DNA of 64,000 nucleotides from a candidate division WS6 bacterium OLB20 (GCA_001567355.1 JYNZ01000002.1:199477-263476), one strand, 5' to 3'; shown: positions 20,043 to 30,739, counted from the first letter of the stretch. Notes: generated by a model from the sequence alone, not told the origin. A program made the numbers and translations.

Positions 20043-21216
20043 ATGAGCCACATAGTCCATACGTTAGACAGATCACTCCTTGAGGAGCTGACAGCCCTGC
20101 TGGCAGGTGGTGAGAATGTGACAACACTGTGGCTTCCGGGCGGAGGACGCACACGATTCGGTCTTGAGCTGCAAAACAGCGATCCTCTGTCAGAATTCTT
20201 TCCTGACAAAAACAATAAAATCCCGATAATCTTTATCTATCTTGACTATACACTTGATCACATAGCGATCGAGAGTCAGCTTAAAGACGTTCTTTCTGAT
20301 CACTCGAATGAGACCAGAAAGCGTGAGATGGTCCGTGATGTGCTTGCCAAGGGGTACAGGATAGTGCTTGTGCTGGATAACTACACATACCTGAGACCCG
20401 AGACCTCTCAGTTTCTGTTCAGCATCAGAAGTATTGATATTGACGCAATCACGTTTCTGATATTTCAGCTTGAAAGCGATTTTGCCCAATCAACACAGAC
20501 AGTGCCCTCGCTCGAATCCTCAACCCACGCGTTTCATAACGTGATCCGGATGCCGTACATGCGGCCTGAGACTGCAAGGATCTGGATTGTTGAACGTGCC
20601 AGGTCGCTTGACCTTACTGCGACAGACCGGCTGGTGGACGAAGTCTTTTCCTTCGGCGGGGGGATTCCGGTGCTCCTGAAAAAACGTTCTGCGTGGACTG
20701 AAACGCTATAAGACTGTTGAGGCAACAATTCAGAGCATTGAGATGCAGAACATTCTCTATATGTTCTGGAGCAGCTTTCAGCCCTATGAGCAGCAACTGA
20801 TCCGTGGCATACGTAACGGTATTGTAACACGTGAGGATGAGGCTGCTCAGTACCTGTACATTCATAACATGGCAGACAGTAATGGTCTGACCGGAAACTG
20901 GCTCAGCCGTCTTGATCGCATCCATGCACAGGAAAAACTGACTCGTGACGGTGACTATCTGTTCTGGGCTGGCAACGATATAACCGAAACTCTCACCAAT
21001 ACCGAGCAGACTGTCCTGCACGCTCTTCTGCAGAAAAAAGCTATTAGTCGGGACGCGATTGCAGAGATACTGTGGGGAAAACAGAAGGACGACAGGTTCT
21101 CTGACTGGGCGATTGATAAGGCTGTCTCACGAATCCGTACAAAGCTGTCAGAAGCAGGCGCCGGAAAGAACTACATCCGTACACTTCGCGGTCGCGGGTA
21201 CACCTTACAGGATTAA
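20043..21216 (+). pseudogene. transcriptional regulator: degenerate ATPase-like N-domain plus C-terminal OmpR/PhoB-type winged helix, split by a +/-1 frameshift at the A6 run 20679-20684
   Basis: ORFs 20043-20711 and 20743-21216 join into one frame if one A is removed from the A6 run. C-terminal Trans_reg_C-like sequence (AIAEILWGK...DKAVSRIRTKL...YIRTLRGRGYTL). Confidence 0.5.
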
Positions 21217-21264
21217 GGATTTATTAATCAGCCACGAAGTATAGTTGGAGCAATTATTTTTTAG

Positions 21265-21591
21265 TTGCTACCAATGTATCTGCAACAGCTCTATTTACTG
21301 GGTCGTTCAACCCGGGACGCTGAGGTCCTCGAAAGCAAAGAGGGCAAACAGTACGCCAAGTTTTCACTTGCCATTAACGAATACTACGGCAAAGGTGATG
21401 ACCGGCAGGAAAAAACACAGTACTACAATGTGCTGGTATTTAATAAGTCTTCAGAGCGTGCCACCCAGATAAAAAAAGGTGATCTGGTTCTTGTAGATGG
21501 ACGTCCGGATGTTGACGCCTACATCAGCAAGGACGGAGAAGCAAAGGCCAGTCTGGTCGTATTCGCTGACCGCTGGCGTCTGATGAAGTAG
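21265..21591 (+). CDS. ssb: single-stranded DNA-binding protein (short, no acidic tail)
   Basis: OB-fold SSB signature (LLGRSTRDAEVLESKEGKQYAKFSLAIN....QYYNVLVF...A....KGDLVLVDGR). Confidence 0.7.
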   Translation: MLPMYLQQLYLLGRSTRDAEVLESKEGKQYAKFSLAINEYYGKGDDRQEKTQYYNVLVFNKSSERATQIKKGDLVLVDGRPDVDAYISKDGEAKASLVVFADRWRLMK

Positions 21592-21607
21592 GCAAGGTAA
21601 AACTGCC

Positions 21608-23602
21608 CTACTTCCAGAGGCTGAATTTTTTCGTCAGGGTATCTATGTCGCGTGAATTGCCGAACAGACCAATCCCCAGATAATCGAGATCCTGTTTTTG
21701 TTTCTGCGAAAGTGAACGTGCCAGCGGCTCATCCAGATTATGTTCGATCATGTCCATGACATAGGGCATGATTTCGACCTTCTGCTGTTCGGCCTTTTCG
21801 AGAAGATTAAAAAGCTGTGTTGCTGATTTTGCCTTCATCACGATAATCGGGTACTGGGAGTTTGCCTTGATTGTTGCGTCACCGGCAAGCTCAAACCGTG
21901 CCCTTGTTGTCATATTGTTATGCCCGAGTTCAGATCCGAGCAGTGCTGTGATGTGACCGATAGTGTTAAGACGCTGCCACTCTTCGAGACCTTCGCGCAG
22001 AACGATCACAAACTTGCTGTCTGTATCCTGGCTTCGTGTATCGGATGCGTCCTCCTGAGGATTGCGGATCATATCAAAGTCGATCTCGGGATAGATTTTT
22101 CTGGTATCGTCACTGACGAGGAATTTAAGCTGCGGAAACGGAACACCTTCACGGGCTGTTACGTCTTCCAGAAACCAGAATACACGTTCGCTGTGACCGT
22201 ATCCGAATGTCGGTGCCATACCGTATTCAAGCATCTCGACATAATCAATGTCGAGCCACTGCGCCTCGTCATCACCTGATTCACGCATGTGCATCTGCTC
22301 AACAAAGCGCTGATACTGGTCAAGCGGGTCATTGACCTCACTCCAGCCGTTACCAACTCACTTCCGGCTATGATCGGCTGAAAACGTTCGACCATGAGCG
22401 GGTTTTGTTCGCTTGGTTTCTGCAGTGGAGACAGAAATTTGGGGTGATTGATCAGAAACGCAGGACCGGAGATGTCCTTGCGCAGTTTTTTCCAGAGGCT
22501 GTCAGTTGCACGGGCGCTGTTGACTGTTTCGGGATCAAATTCTATACCGTTATCCGTCAGCAGTTTTTTCAGCTGCTCCAGATCCGGCCGGTAGATATCC
22601 TCAATACCGTATTTGTCCCGCATGATGCCGGCAAAATCTATGATCTCCCAGTCATTACTGAAGTCTACCTGATGACCCCGGATAGTAAATGTTCTTCTGC
22701 CTTCATAGACCGTATCGAGAATATAGGTAAACAGCTCCCTGATCAGTTCCATTCCATCCTTCCAGTCTGCATATGCCCAGTAAAACTCCATTGCCTGGTG
22801 TTCGGGCAGATGCTCATCTGACAGGCCCTCGTTTCTGAATCGTGCGCCGATATCGTAAACCTTTTCAAATCCGCCGCCGATTAATCGCTTTAGCGGCAGT
22901 TCGTGCGAGATGCGCAGGTAAAAGTCCTCATCGATCGCATTCATATGTGTTACAAAGGGGACAGCGTCACCACCGCCAGGGATATGTTCAAGAACTGGGA
23001 TGTTGACTTCATGAAACCCGCGTGAATCCAGGAAGTCACGATGCGCCTTCCAGAAGAGTGCCCGGCGCTTGAAACGTTCCAGCACTTCTTTGTTCATGGT
23101 CATATCAAGATAGCGCCTGCGGAATCGTTCCTCTTTATCAGTAATCCCGTGCCACTTTGAAGGCAGAGGCCGGATTGATTTTGTAAGCAGCATCAGCTCC
23201 GAGACAAGTACCGATTTCTCGCCACGTTCGGTTGTTACAAGGGTACCTGTGACCTGAACAATATCGCCTGTATCAAGCAGTGGCAGCTGATCCCAGCCGA
23301 GCAGCTGTTTTTTCTGTGTTCAGCGCTGAGAGTGTATCAGTCTTGAAGTACAACTGGATTCTGCCTGATTCATCCTGCAGATCTCCAAACGCAAGCCTGC
23401 CATGAGAGCGGAACGCCATCAGTCGTCCGGAGACAGTAAATACCTTACCCTGTCGGGAGTCAAACTCATCGACAAGCGGTTTGATGGCCTGGGGTTTGGC
23501 ACCTTTTGACGGGAACGGATTGATTCCAAGATCCTGCAGTTTCTGCAGGTTGTCAATGCGCTGTTTGCGCTGTCCTTCTAGTGACGAGTCGTATTCAGAC
23601 AT
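21608..23602 (-). pseudogene. lysS: lysine--tRNA ligase (class II) with C-terminal PTH2/DUF2000-like extension; reading frame broken twice by single-base indels (likely assembly errors)
   Basis: Three collinear ORFs (23602-23273, 23193-22159, 22294-21608). Anticodon-binding OB domain, class II motifs, GNGWSEVNDPLDQYQRF and EYGMAPTFGYG. Frame restored by removing one A from the A6 run (plus-strand T6 at 23308-23313) and by G2->G3 near 22350. Confidence 0.75.
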
Positions 23603-23660
23603 GTTTTCTGCTTAACAGACAAATTGTTGTGTAGTGCAATTGTAGCATCGGACGGCAGGA

Positions 23661-25118
23661 TTAGAAATGCAGATCAGTTACTTCTGTGTAATCGGCAGAC
23701 CTCGTGACCTCTTCCCACGATCCTGTGATATCTGATTTGCTCATATTAATGAAAACCAGGTCATATCCGTCACTGCTGTTCATATTGGGGAGAGGAATGA
23801 TACCTGCGCGTTTTTGCGGTGTAAACAGCAGACCGCTTCTTCTCAATGACTGGTGCAGAAACTGCTGGTCGCTGCAGTGCAGTTTTCCGGTATATCCGAT
23901 GTTGGCTGCAGAAGCAACGCTGATGTCCTGCTCGCGCAGGAACCGTGCAACTGTCAGTGCGTAAAATGCTGCCGACTGCCTGAAGTTGCCGTCATAGATC
24001 AGGTGTGGTCCGAAACGGATATCGTTCATACCGTCAAATACTGCGATACCATCGTAACCCGACACAGCATGCATATGTTCCGCAAATGCGGTGAGCCTGT
24101 CACTGCCTACTGCAGAGAGAATCTCATCCTGTTGTGCCTGTTCGTAGTAAGATCCCACGTAGTACTGACTGTTAAAGATCTGTGATGTGGCGGCGATAAT
24201 ACCAGGAGTCTCGCCGATCCTGAGCATAATGCCAAACGACTTCAGGCTGTCCGGGTCTGCAGGCACCCGGATGACAGGTTGCGCAAGAAGTGTGATGTTC
24301 TGTATTGACCTGTGAGCGTTCTGCTCTTTCTCCTGATTCTGACCGACAAGCGACATGACATCGGCTTCATAGCTGTCCGGGTATACAAAACTTAATACCT
24401 CGCTTCCTGCATCTATTGCTGATTTCAGGATCACGCCTGTTTCGGGCTGCCACTCTGCAGGTAAATCGAGCATGTCAAGCAGATCAGCAAATGTTCCCGG
24501 AAGATCATTAATGCTGATGAGTCTGGTCGGTACATGGGCCGGGAGTTCGCCATTCATGCCCTGCATCATCTCGACATAGGTCTGTTTGTTATTCAGCTGG
24601 CCGGTCAGTGCAGCCAGTTCGTGTGCACCATTTGTATAGAGCATTCTGTCACGTGTACGCGCAATCTGTTCCATGATTCTAAGCTGCAGACCCGTTCGCT
24701 GATTGACTTGCAGCGACTCCATATTACGGACCAGCATTGCAGCGCGCCGCGGGTTGCTGCTGTATAGATTCCATGTTGCCGTTGCATCAAACTGCTCATC
24801 AAGTGAGACAACAATAATTGCCGGTTCTATGCAGGGCAGGGGGATTCCTGTAGCCAGAGACACAGCACTGGTGCGCTGTGCAAGGTTTGCAAAATTTCCT
24901 TTTAACCTGAGAGCATGTTCATATGAGCGTGCCGACAGTACACATGTCTTGCCCTGCATCGATGCCGGCAGGACATGCCCCAGTTCATACATGCTGTTGA
25001 AGTCGGAGTTTTCGCTGCGACCTTCATTGCCGCTTTCAAGATAGAGTGTTGCGCCGATGTGAGCCAGAGGAAACACACCCTCACCCGGGTGACCCATCAG
25101 CAGATTTTCGGAGTTCAT
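23661..25118 (-). CDS. hypothetical protein (485 aa)
   Basis: Long intact ORF. Its start overlaps the stop of the upstream M20 peptidase gene (ATGA), which suggests an operon. No family recognised. Confidence 0.4.
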   Translation of the reverse strand: MNSENLLMGHPGEGVFPLAHIGATLYLESGNEGRSENSDFNSMYELGHVLPASMQGKTCVLSARSYEHALRLKGNFANLAQRTSAVSLATGIPLPCIEPAIIVVSLDEQFDATATWNLYSSNPRRAAMLVRNMESLQVNQRTGLQLRIMEQIARTRDRMLYTNGAHELAALTGQLNNKQTYVEMMQGMNGELPAHVPTRLISINDLPGTFADLLDMLDLPAEWQPETGVILKSAIDAGSEVLSFVYPDSYEADVMSLVGQNQEKEQNAHRSIQNITLLAQPVIRVPADPDSLKSFGIMLRIGETPGIIAATSQIFNSQYYVGSYYEQAQQDEILSAVGSDRLTAFAEHMHAVSGYDGIAVFDGMNDIRFGPHLIYDGNFRQSAAFYALTVARFLREQDISVASAANIGYTGKLHCSDQQFLHQSLRRSGLLFTPQKRAGIIPLPNMNSSDGYDLVFINMSKSDITGSWEEVTRSADYTEVTDLHF

Positions 25119-26185
25119 GTCGCCAGTGACCGCATAACAGTTACAAGACGGCGCAGTTCACGGACAGACTGTCGCTCTTCTGTGGAGTGCGAAAACTCGC
25201 TGCCATCAGCAAGATTGATGCAAAGCAGACCGCGGTCATTGAAGATGTTCGCATCAGAAACGCCCCAGCTTCTTAGCTGCTTTGGCTTAAGACCTGCTGC
25301 AGAAATTACTGCTGCTGTTTCGGTAACAAATGCTCTGCCTGCTCCTTCGGTATGACGGTATCCCGGGTTTTCGCGTACCCAGTCGATCGTATAGGTGGCA
25401 CCCATCCTGTAACAGACTTTTTCTACCATCCGTGTAAATCGTTTCTTGTGCTGGTCAAGCTCTTTCTCGCGAAAGCTGCGCAGCTCTCCTGCAAGTGTCA
25501 TTGCACCCGGGACAGTATTTCTGACTGAACCTGCATGCACTATGCCGATATTTATCACTGACATATCATCAAGCCTGCCCAGGGCAAACTTGGTCAGCAG
25601 TTTTTGCAGAACTGTCAGCGTGTTAATTCCCTGCTCAGGTACAGACGCGTGCGCATCTTTACCGTTAAGCACCAGATCGAACCGTTCATAGATTGGCGAT
25701 GCGGTGACAATTGTACCGACAGGATTTGACGAATCAAAGCAGTAGCCTTTACCTGCCCGTAACAGCGAGATATCCAGGTTTACCGCTCCGTAGTTACCGA
25801 TTTCTTCTGATCGTGTCAGAATAATGTCGACAGGAAGTGTCTTGATCTGCGATTCGGAGGTCTCGGCAAGAAACTCAAGCATTGCAGCAATCGCCGCCTT
25901 GTTGTCGGCTCCAAGAATGGTTCTGCCATCTGATACAAGGTAGCCACCCTTTACAGTCGCTTTGATTCCCCGCCCGGGTTCAACAGTATCCATATGAGCT
26001 GCAAAAAAGACAGGTTCTCCGCTGCCATCCTTGCGGGCCACCAGGTTGCCGTAGCTGTCAGCTGTGACGTTCAGCCCCAGCTTCACAAGTCTGTCTGACA
26101 TATGTTTCGCAAACTCATCTTCACGCCCGGTCGGCGAATCGATTGCTACCAGCTCGATAAATGTATCAACAAGCCTGTTTTTCAT
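25115..26185 (-). CDS. M20/M42-family metallopeptidase (tripeptidase/PepT-like)
   Basis: N-terminal LVDTFIELVAIDSPTGRE and metal-binding HMDTV motif. Length of 356 aa fits the family. Confidence 0.7.
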   Translation of the reverse strand: MKNRLVDTFIELVAIDSPTGREDEFAKHMSDRLVKLGLNVTADSYGNLVARKDGSGEPVFFAAHMDTVEPGRGIKATVKGGYLVSDGRTILGADNKAAIAAMLEFLAETSESQIKTLPVDIILTRSEEIGNYGAVNLDISLLRAGKGYCFDSSNPVGTIVTASPIYERFDLVLNGKDAHASVPEQGINTLTVLQKLLTKFALGRLDDMSVINIGIVHAGSVRNTVPGAMTLAGELRSFREKELDQHKKRFTRMVEKVCYRMGATYTIDWVRENPGYRHTEGAGRAFVTETAAVISAAGLKPKQLRSWGVSDANIFNDRGLLCINLADGSEFSHSTEERQSVRELRRLVTVMRSLAT

Positions 26186-26379
26186 CAGATGTTTATAAAA
26201 ACAAAAAACTCCCTTGCGGGAGCATGCTACACAACCAGCACAAAGCCCGCCTCAGGAGAAGCTGCACTTTGCCTTGTTGTTGAAAAGTCCGGTTATATCC
26301 ACGCGCTGATTATCTCTGATAGGGCTTTTGCTGTCAAGGGCTGGTATACAGGCACTTACTGGCGTATAATTTTGTTCGC

Positions 26380-27144
26380 ATGAAGGTAATCATACTCAGT
26401 CAAAACGATCCACTTTACACACACTTCTTTTTCAAGAGGTTTGTAAAGGAATATGCACACCAGTTTGATCTGCAGGCAGTATATCTGCTCGCTCCAATGA
26501 AGGATTCACTTGCTGATCTTGTGAGGCGCACATGGGAGTTTTACGGTCCGGCAGACTTCGTACGCGTGGGCCTTCAGTATGCACGTATCAAACTGCGTGA
26601 GAAACTTGGACATCCGGTCACTCCGCATAATCTGCTGAAAAAACATGGAATAGCTGTTGAGCAGATTGCATCAGTAAACAGCAGATCCTTTCTGGCGCGC
26701 GTCCGTGAGCACAAGCCTGATGTAATAGTTTCCGTATCCTGCCCGCAGATATTCAGGCAGGATCTGCTTAGTATTCCATCCACAGCAGCACTTAACATTC
26801 ACTCAGGCAAACTGCCTGCATACAAGGGACTGTTTCCCAACTTCTGGCAGATGCTTAACGGAGAATCCACGTCAACCGTAACTATTCATGAAATGGTGGC
26901 AAAAGTTGATGAAGGCAGAATTATCAGCGAGACCGAGATACCGATACATCCCGACATGAGTCTGACTGGCCTTATCCGTGAGACTAAAGAGGCAGCAGTA
27001 CCGGCATTGTTTAACGTAATCCGGGATTATGAACAGGGCAGTATCAAACCATTTGTAAACAGTGAACTAACACCCGGTTATTTTCGTTTTCCCGCCCGCA
27101 GGGATGTCACTGAATTCAGGAATAAAGGTCTGCGTCTGCTATGA
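26380..27144 (+). CDS. formyltransferase-family protein (Fmt/ArnA N-domain-like)
   Basis: Formyl_trans_N motif NIHSGKLPAYKG, with the preceding DVIVSVSCPQIF. Confidence 0.7.
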   Translation: MKVIILSQNDPLYTHFFFKRFVKEYAHQFDLQAVYLLAPMKDSLADLVRRTWEFYGPADFVRVGLQYARIKLREKLGHPVTPHNLLKKHGIAVEQIASVNSRSFLARVREHKPDVIVSVSCPQIFRQDLLSIPSTAALNIHSGKLPAYKGLFPNFWQMLNGESTSTVTIHEMVAKVDEGRIISETEIPIHPDMSLTGLIRETKEAAVPALFNVIRDYEQGSIKPFVNSELTPGYFRFPARRDVTEFRNKGLRLL

Positions 27145-28034
27145 ACACTTCAAAAACAATTCTGCTGACCTTTGATGTCGAAGAGTGGTTTCATACCACG
27201 TTTATGACTGATTACATTGATCCACATCTGTTCTCGGTCTCCAGAGTAATGGAGAATCTCGGCTTTGTCCTGGATCTGCTGCAGGAATTTGATATTACCG
27301 CCACCTTTTTTGTGCTCGGATCACTGGCAGAAAAAATTCCTGACCTTGTACCGATGATCCTTGAACATAACAGCAGCCATGAGATAGCTTCACACTCATA
27401 TGACCATGTGCTTCTGTACGAACAGTCTCCTGAGGATATCAGCATGAACGTGATCAGATCGAGGGAAATCCTGCAGAAGCAGTCCGGACAGGAAGTCGGT
27501 GGCTTCCGCGCACCGTATTTTTCGATCAATGATCACGCGATTGAAGAGCTGGCACAGAACGGCTATGTCTACGATTCAAGTCTGCACGACTTTCGACTTA
27601 ATCCGCAATACGGACATCTGCATGTAGAAATGAATGCGACCGGCAGTCCCGGAATTTTTACGTACAAGAACCTTTTTGAACTCACCATCCCGGTAAAACG
27701 CTATTTTAACAACAGGCTTGCGCTTCCATTTGGTGGTGGTGGCTACTACCGGCTCTATCCGCTGCTGCTGCAGAAGTACTGGATAGATTCATTTTTAAAG
27801 ACCAGTGACTACTTCATGATGTATCTGCATCCATGGGAGTTTGACCCTGATCAGCCGTATGTCAGATCGGTTCCGGCTATAAAGCGTATGAGACATTATA
27901 TCGGTATCAGACGGCATCTGGATAAAACGCGCAGTCTGGTCAGAAGCCTTGCACAAAAGGGATATACATTCTCAACGGTGAGCGGGTATCTGAATAAAAG
28001 CCATGGTATTGCTCTCGCTGCTTCGAATAAGTAA
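27141..28034 (+). CDS. polysaccharide deacetylase (CE4/NodB-homology)
   Basis: LLTFDVEEWFH N-terminal motif and SHSYDH metal-binding motif. Confidence 0.7.
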   Translation: MNTSKTILLTFDVEEWFHTTFMTDYIDPHLFSVSRVMENLGFVLDLLQEFDITATFFVLGSLAEKIPDLVPMILEHNSSHEIASHSYDHVLLYEQSPEDISMNVIRSREILQKQSGQEVGGFRAPYFSINDHAIEELAQNGYVYDSSLHDFRLNPQYGHLHVEMNATGSPGIFTYKNLFELTIPVKRYFNNRLALPFGGGGYYRLYPLLLQKYWIDSFLKTSDYFMMYLHPWEFDPDQPYVRSVPAIKRMRHYIGIRRHLDKTRSLVRSLAQKGYTFSTVSGYLNKSHGIALAASNK

Positions 28035-28117
28035 AATAGCTCCTATGAATGCAGTCTCTATCCACACAACCTGTTGCAGCTGACAAATAGTGAACTTCTA
28101 TTTGTTACGCTCGACCC

Positions 28118-28837
28118 GTGCATTCAGTTAAATCCAGACATTTCTCATTTCCTGCAGCAGTTACCAGATTACTTGTTGCCGTTCCACATCCGGATGACGA
28201 AACAGCCTATGCTGCCGGTATTATCAAACGGGCTTCGGACTCGGGAACAGATGTCCGTGTGGTCTGCTTCACACGTGGAGAAAAAAGCACTCTGCGCTAC
28301 GGGCTGGCGCCGGATGCGGATCTTGTTTCGCACAGAGCTGCAGAACTTGCCGCTGCACTGAAGATATTGCGCGCCACGTCACATCACATCTACGATATTC
28401 CGGATGGAGGCATTGAGGATAATACTGCACGGACCGCAGCAGTTTTTCGGGAAGAGATGCAGTCATTCAGACCGGACCTGGTGCTGACACTTGAACCTTC
28501 AGGTATCTATGGCCACCCGGATCACATTGCCCTCAGCAGGACAGTAACCCGTGAGACAGACCAGTCAGGAACACTGCTTGGCTATCTTACTGTTATGCCG
28601 GGTTACAGACAGCACCCGTCAACTCAGCACATGGCAAAAGATATCGACTGCGTCAGGCCGGTTGAACCAGAGGTTGAGGTGATTCTGAGTCCTCTCGACG
28701 TGTTAACTAAACTGCGTGCATTTCGTTCTCACAGATCACAGTTTTCAATAACGCCTGACTTCCTGTACAATTGGTACACAAGGCGTTTACTGACGAGAGA
28801 ATATCTACGTTATGCAGACAGAAAAGTTCGCGATTGA
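28118..28837 (+). CDS. PIG-L/LmbE-family N-acetylglucosaminyl deacetylase
   Basis: VAVPHPDDE motif. GIYGHPDHIA. Confidence 0.75.
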   Translation: MHSVKSRHFSFPAAVTRLLVAVPHPDDETAYAAGIIKRASDSGTDVRVVCFTRGEKSTLRYGLAPDADLVSHRAAELAAALKILRATSHHIYDIPDGGIEDNTARTAAVFREEMQSFRPDLVLTLEPSGIYGHPDHIALSRTVTRETDQSGTLLGYLTVMPGYRQHPSTQHMAKDIDCVRPVEPEVEVILSPLDVLTKLRAFRSHRSQFSITPDFLYNWYTRRLLTREYLRYADRKVRD

Positions 28838-29573
28838 AAACCCGCAGGGTTATCTGCTGGCCGGCACCGTTTCCAGACCGGATAAAGACAAAGGTAAGCC
28901 AGTGCTTCTTTTGCACGGATTTACAGGATATAAGGAGGAAATTCACCTTGAGTCACTCAGTGATACGCTGGTGAATGCCGGCTATATGCCGGTACGTTTT
29001 GATGCCAGCGGCTTTGGCGAAAGTGAAGGACCTATCTCACAATTTACTGTAAGCAACTATCTGTCGGATGTCGAAACTGTATATCGCTGGATCACATCCG
29101 AGCGTGAGAAGACTGACCCGACCATGCACGTTGTCGGTACCAGCCTCGGCGGACTGGTGGCACTGTATTTTGCCAGATCGCATGCAGATGTTGATAAGGT
29201 CTGTGTTATCTCTTCTCCCACAAAACTTGGACGGTCCGGTTACATTAAAGACCAGCAGAACGCGTGGAAGAAGCAGGGATACCTGATCAAATCGAGTTCA
29301 CGTTTCGGAAGGCTTCATATCCCGTATACTTTTTATACTGATGCGCAGAAGTATGATGCCTTAGATATACTGCCTGATATCAACAGTCAGCTCCTTGTAA
29401 TAGCAGGTGATCAGGACACGACGGTACCTGCTGAAGAGACAATGAAGATATTTGCACATGCACAGGAACCAAAGCATTCAATCCTGATCGAGGGGATGCG
29501 TCACGATTACAAGCATCAGCCTGACATACTCAAACAGGTAAACGAGAGCGTTGTGCGGTTTCTTCTCGGCTGA
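28812..29573 (+). CDS. alpha/beta hydrolase
   Basis: LLLHGFTG (oxyanion region). GTSLGG nucleophile elbow. Conserved D/H downstream. Confidence 0.6.
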   Translation: MQTEKFAIENPQGYLLAGTVSRPDKDKGKPVLLLHGFTGYKEEIHLESLSDTLVNAGYMPVRFDASGFGESEGPISQFTVSNYLSDVETVYRWITSEREKTDPTMHVVGTSLGGLVALYFARSHADVDKVCVISSPTKLGRSGYIKDQQNAWKKQGYLIKSSSRFGRLHIPYTFYTDAQKYDALDILPDINSQLLVIAGDQDTTVPAEETMKIFAHAQEPKHSILIEGMRHDYKHQPDILKQVNESVVRFLLG

Positions 29574-30491
29574 TCACTTTGTAGATTCGACACGCTGCCA
29601 GCTGGCGGCAAAATCATCAGGTCTGATCAGTTTGAGGTAGTAAATTCGCAGCCACAGTGCAATGCGCAGCGGGTACTGCAGCAGTGAATAAACCAGTTCA
29701 CGCGGGGTTCTGGCAAAGCTGAGCGGAAACAGTGCCATACGCAGATCCTGCCCAAGTGTTCTGGCAGGAGCACCCTCGGGAACGATACCCATGTTTTTCA
29801 GCTGGAGGTATCCACCAGTCGAACGTACCTTCTGCCTGAAGTAGTCAGCAAGATTTTTCGGATAACCGACATATGCGGCAGCCTCAGGTGTGTAGCCTAT
29901 TCTGTAGGCCTGTTTCAGCACTTCGTAGGATAAATACGCATCATCAACAAGAATATGTCCCGGAAGCGGTTTCAGCAGATGCGTTCGTACTGCCATTACA
30001 TATCCCGACAGCGGAAAGAACCGGTTTTCAGGATTACCGTTCATTTGTGCGTATCTCTGTCTGTGCAGCGCCTCAGTAAACAGATGGCTGGTGTAGCCGA
30101 AAAAGTCTTTGCGTGAGTTAATACTGTACTGTCTGCCTCCGACAGCACCAAGCTTCGGATGGGCATCAAGTTCTGCAATAAGTGAGGCAACGGTCCCTTT
30201 ACTGAACGAGACGTCTCCATCGGTAAATACAGTCACTGGAGCTTTGAGGTGCTGCATTGCAAGGTTAAGAGCGGCCGGCTTGCCTCTGTGCTTATCCTGC
30301 ACCAGTATCAGTTCTTTATGTTTCCACCGTTTGGCTTCGGCAGAAGCTGCAGACAGTGTGGCTCTGTCCGGAGCGGCTACGATCAGATTGATCACACCCC
30401 TGTATCCGCTGAAGTCGCGATCCAGAATACTTCGGACGGTATTACGGATGGTTTTTGGCTCCTTGTACGAGGTGATGATGACGTCAATCAT
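29574..30491 (-). CDS. family 2 glycosyltransferase
   Basis: IDVIITSYKEP N-terminus. DGD (DXD) motif. GT-A fold length. Confidence 0.75.
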   Translation of the reverse strand: MIDVIITSYKEPKTIRNTVRSILDRDFSGYRGVINLIVAAPDRATLSAASAEAKRWKHKELILVQDKHRGKPAALNLAMQHLKAPVTVFTDGDVSFSKGTVASLIAELDAHPKLGAVGGRQYSINSRKDFFGYTSHLFTEALHRQRYAQMNGNPENRFFPLSGYVMAVRTHLLKPLPGHILVDDAYLSYEVLKQAYRIGYTPEAAAYVGYPKNLADYFRQKVRSTGGYLQLKNMGIVPEGAPARTLGQDLRMALFPLSFARTPRELVYSLLQYPLRIALWLRIYYLKLIRPDDFAASWQRVESTK

Positions 30492-30546
30492 GTCAGTATT
30501 GTAGCATTCATCAGGTATTAAGAGTCCAGGGATACTTCTTTTTAGG

Positions 30547-30574
30547 TTGACAGAGACAGAATCAACGCTATACT
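30547..30574 (+). promoter_or_regulatory. sigma70-like promoter candidate (TTGACA-N16-TATACT)
   Basis: Near-consensus -35 and -10 hexamers with 16-nt spacing, about 35 nt upstream of a small basic ORF. Confidence 0.3.
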
Positions 30575-30607
30575 TGATATTCGTTTACTATAAAATCAGT
30601 ATATATC

Positions 30608-30739
30608 ATGACAAGAGCAGATACCTCTTCAGACAAACCCTCGAAGAAAAAGCAGCCTGATTATAAAAAGCGCAGTTCTCTTGATTTTCTGATCAGTCAG
30701 CTTCGCGCTCTCCGTCAGAGTGAAGTGAAAAGCAGTTAG
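30608..30739 (+). CDS. small basic protein candidate (43 aa)
   Basis: ATG...TAG ORF (MTRADTSSDKPSKKKQPDYKKRSSLDFLISQLRALRQSEVKSS). Lies downstream of a strong promoter-like element. Not in the ORF track (<60 aa). Confidence 0.2.
   Translation: MTRADTSSDKPSKKKQPDYKKRSSLDFLISQLRALRQSEVKSS

Noticed and set aside
21608-23602. Programmed ribosomal frameshifting or genuine pseudogenisation of lysS and the other split genes
   Set aside because: No slippery-site or stimulatory structure pattern is seen. The breaks fall in mononucleotide runs across unrelated genes, which fits sequencing indels better.
26195-26225. Hairpin CTCCCTTGCGGGAG flanked by an A6 run, between the divergent M20 peptidase and formyltransferase genes
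   Set aside because: It would act as a minus-strand terminator, but no gene lies upstream of it on that strand. It is more likely a 5'-UTR structure or chance.
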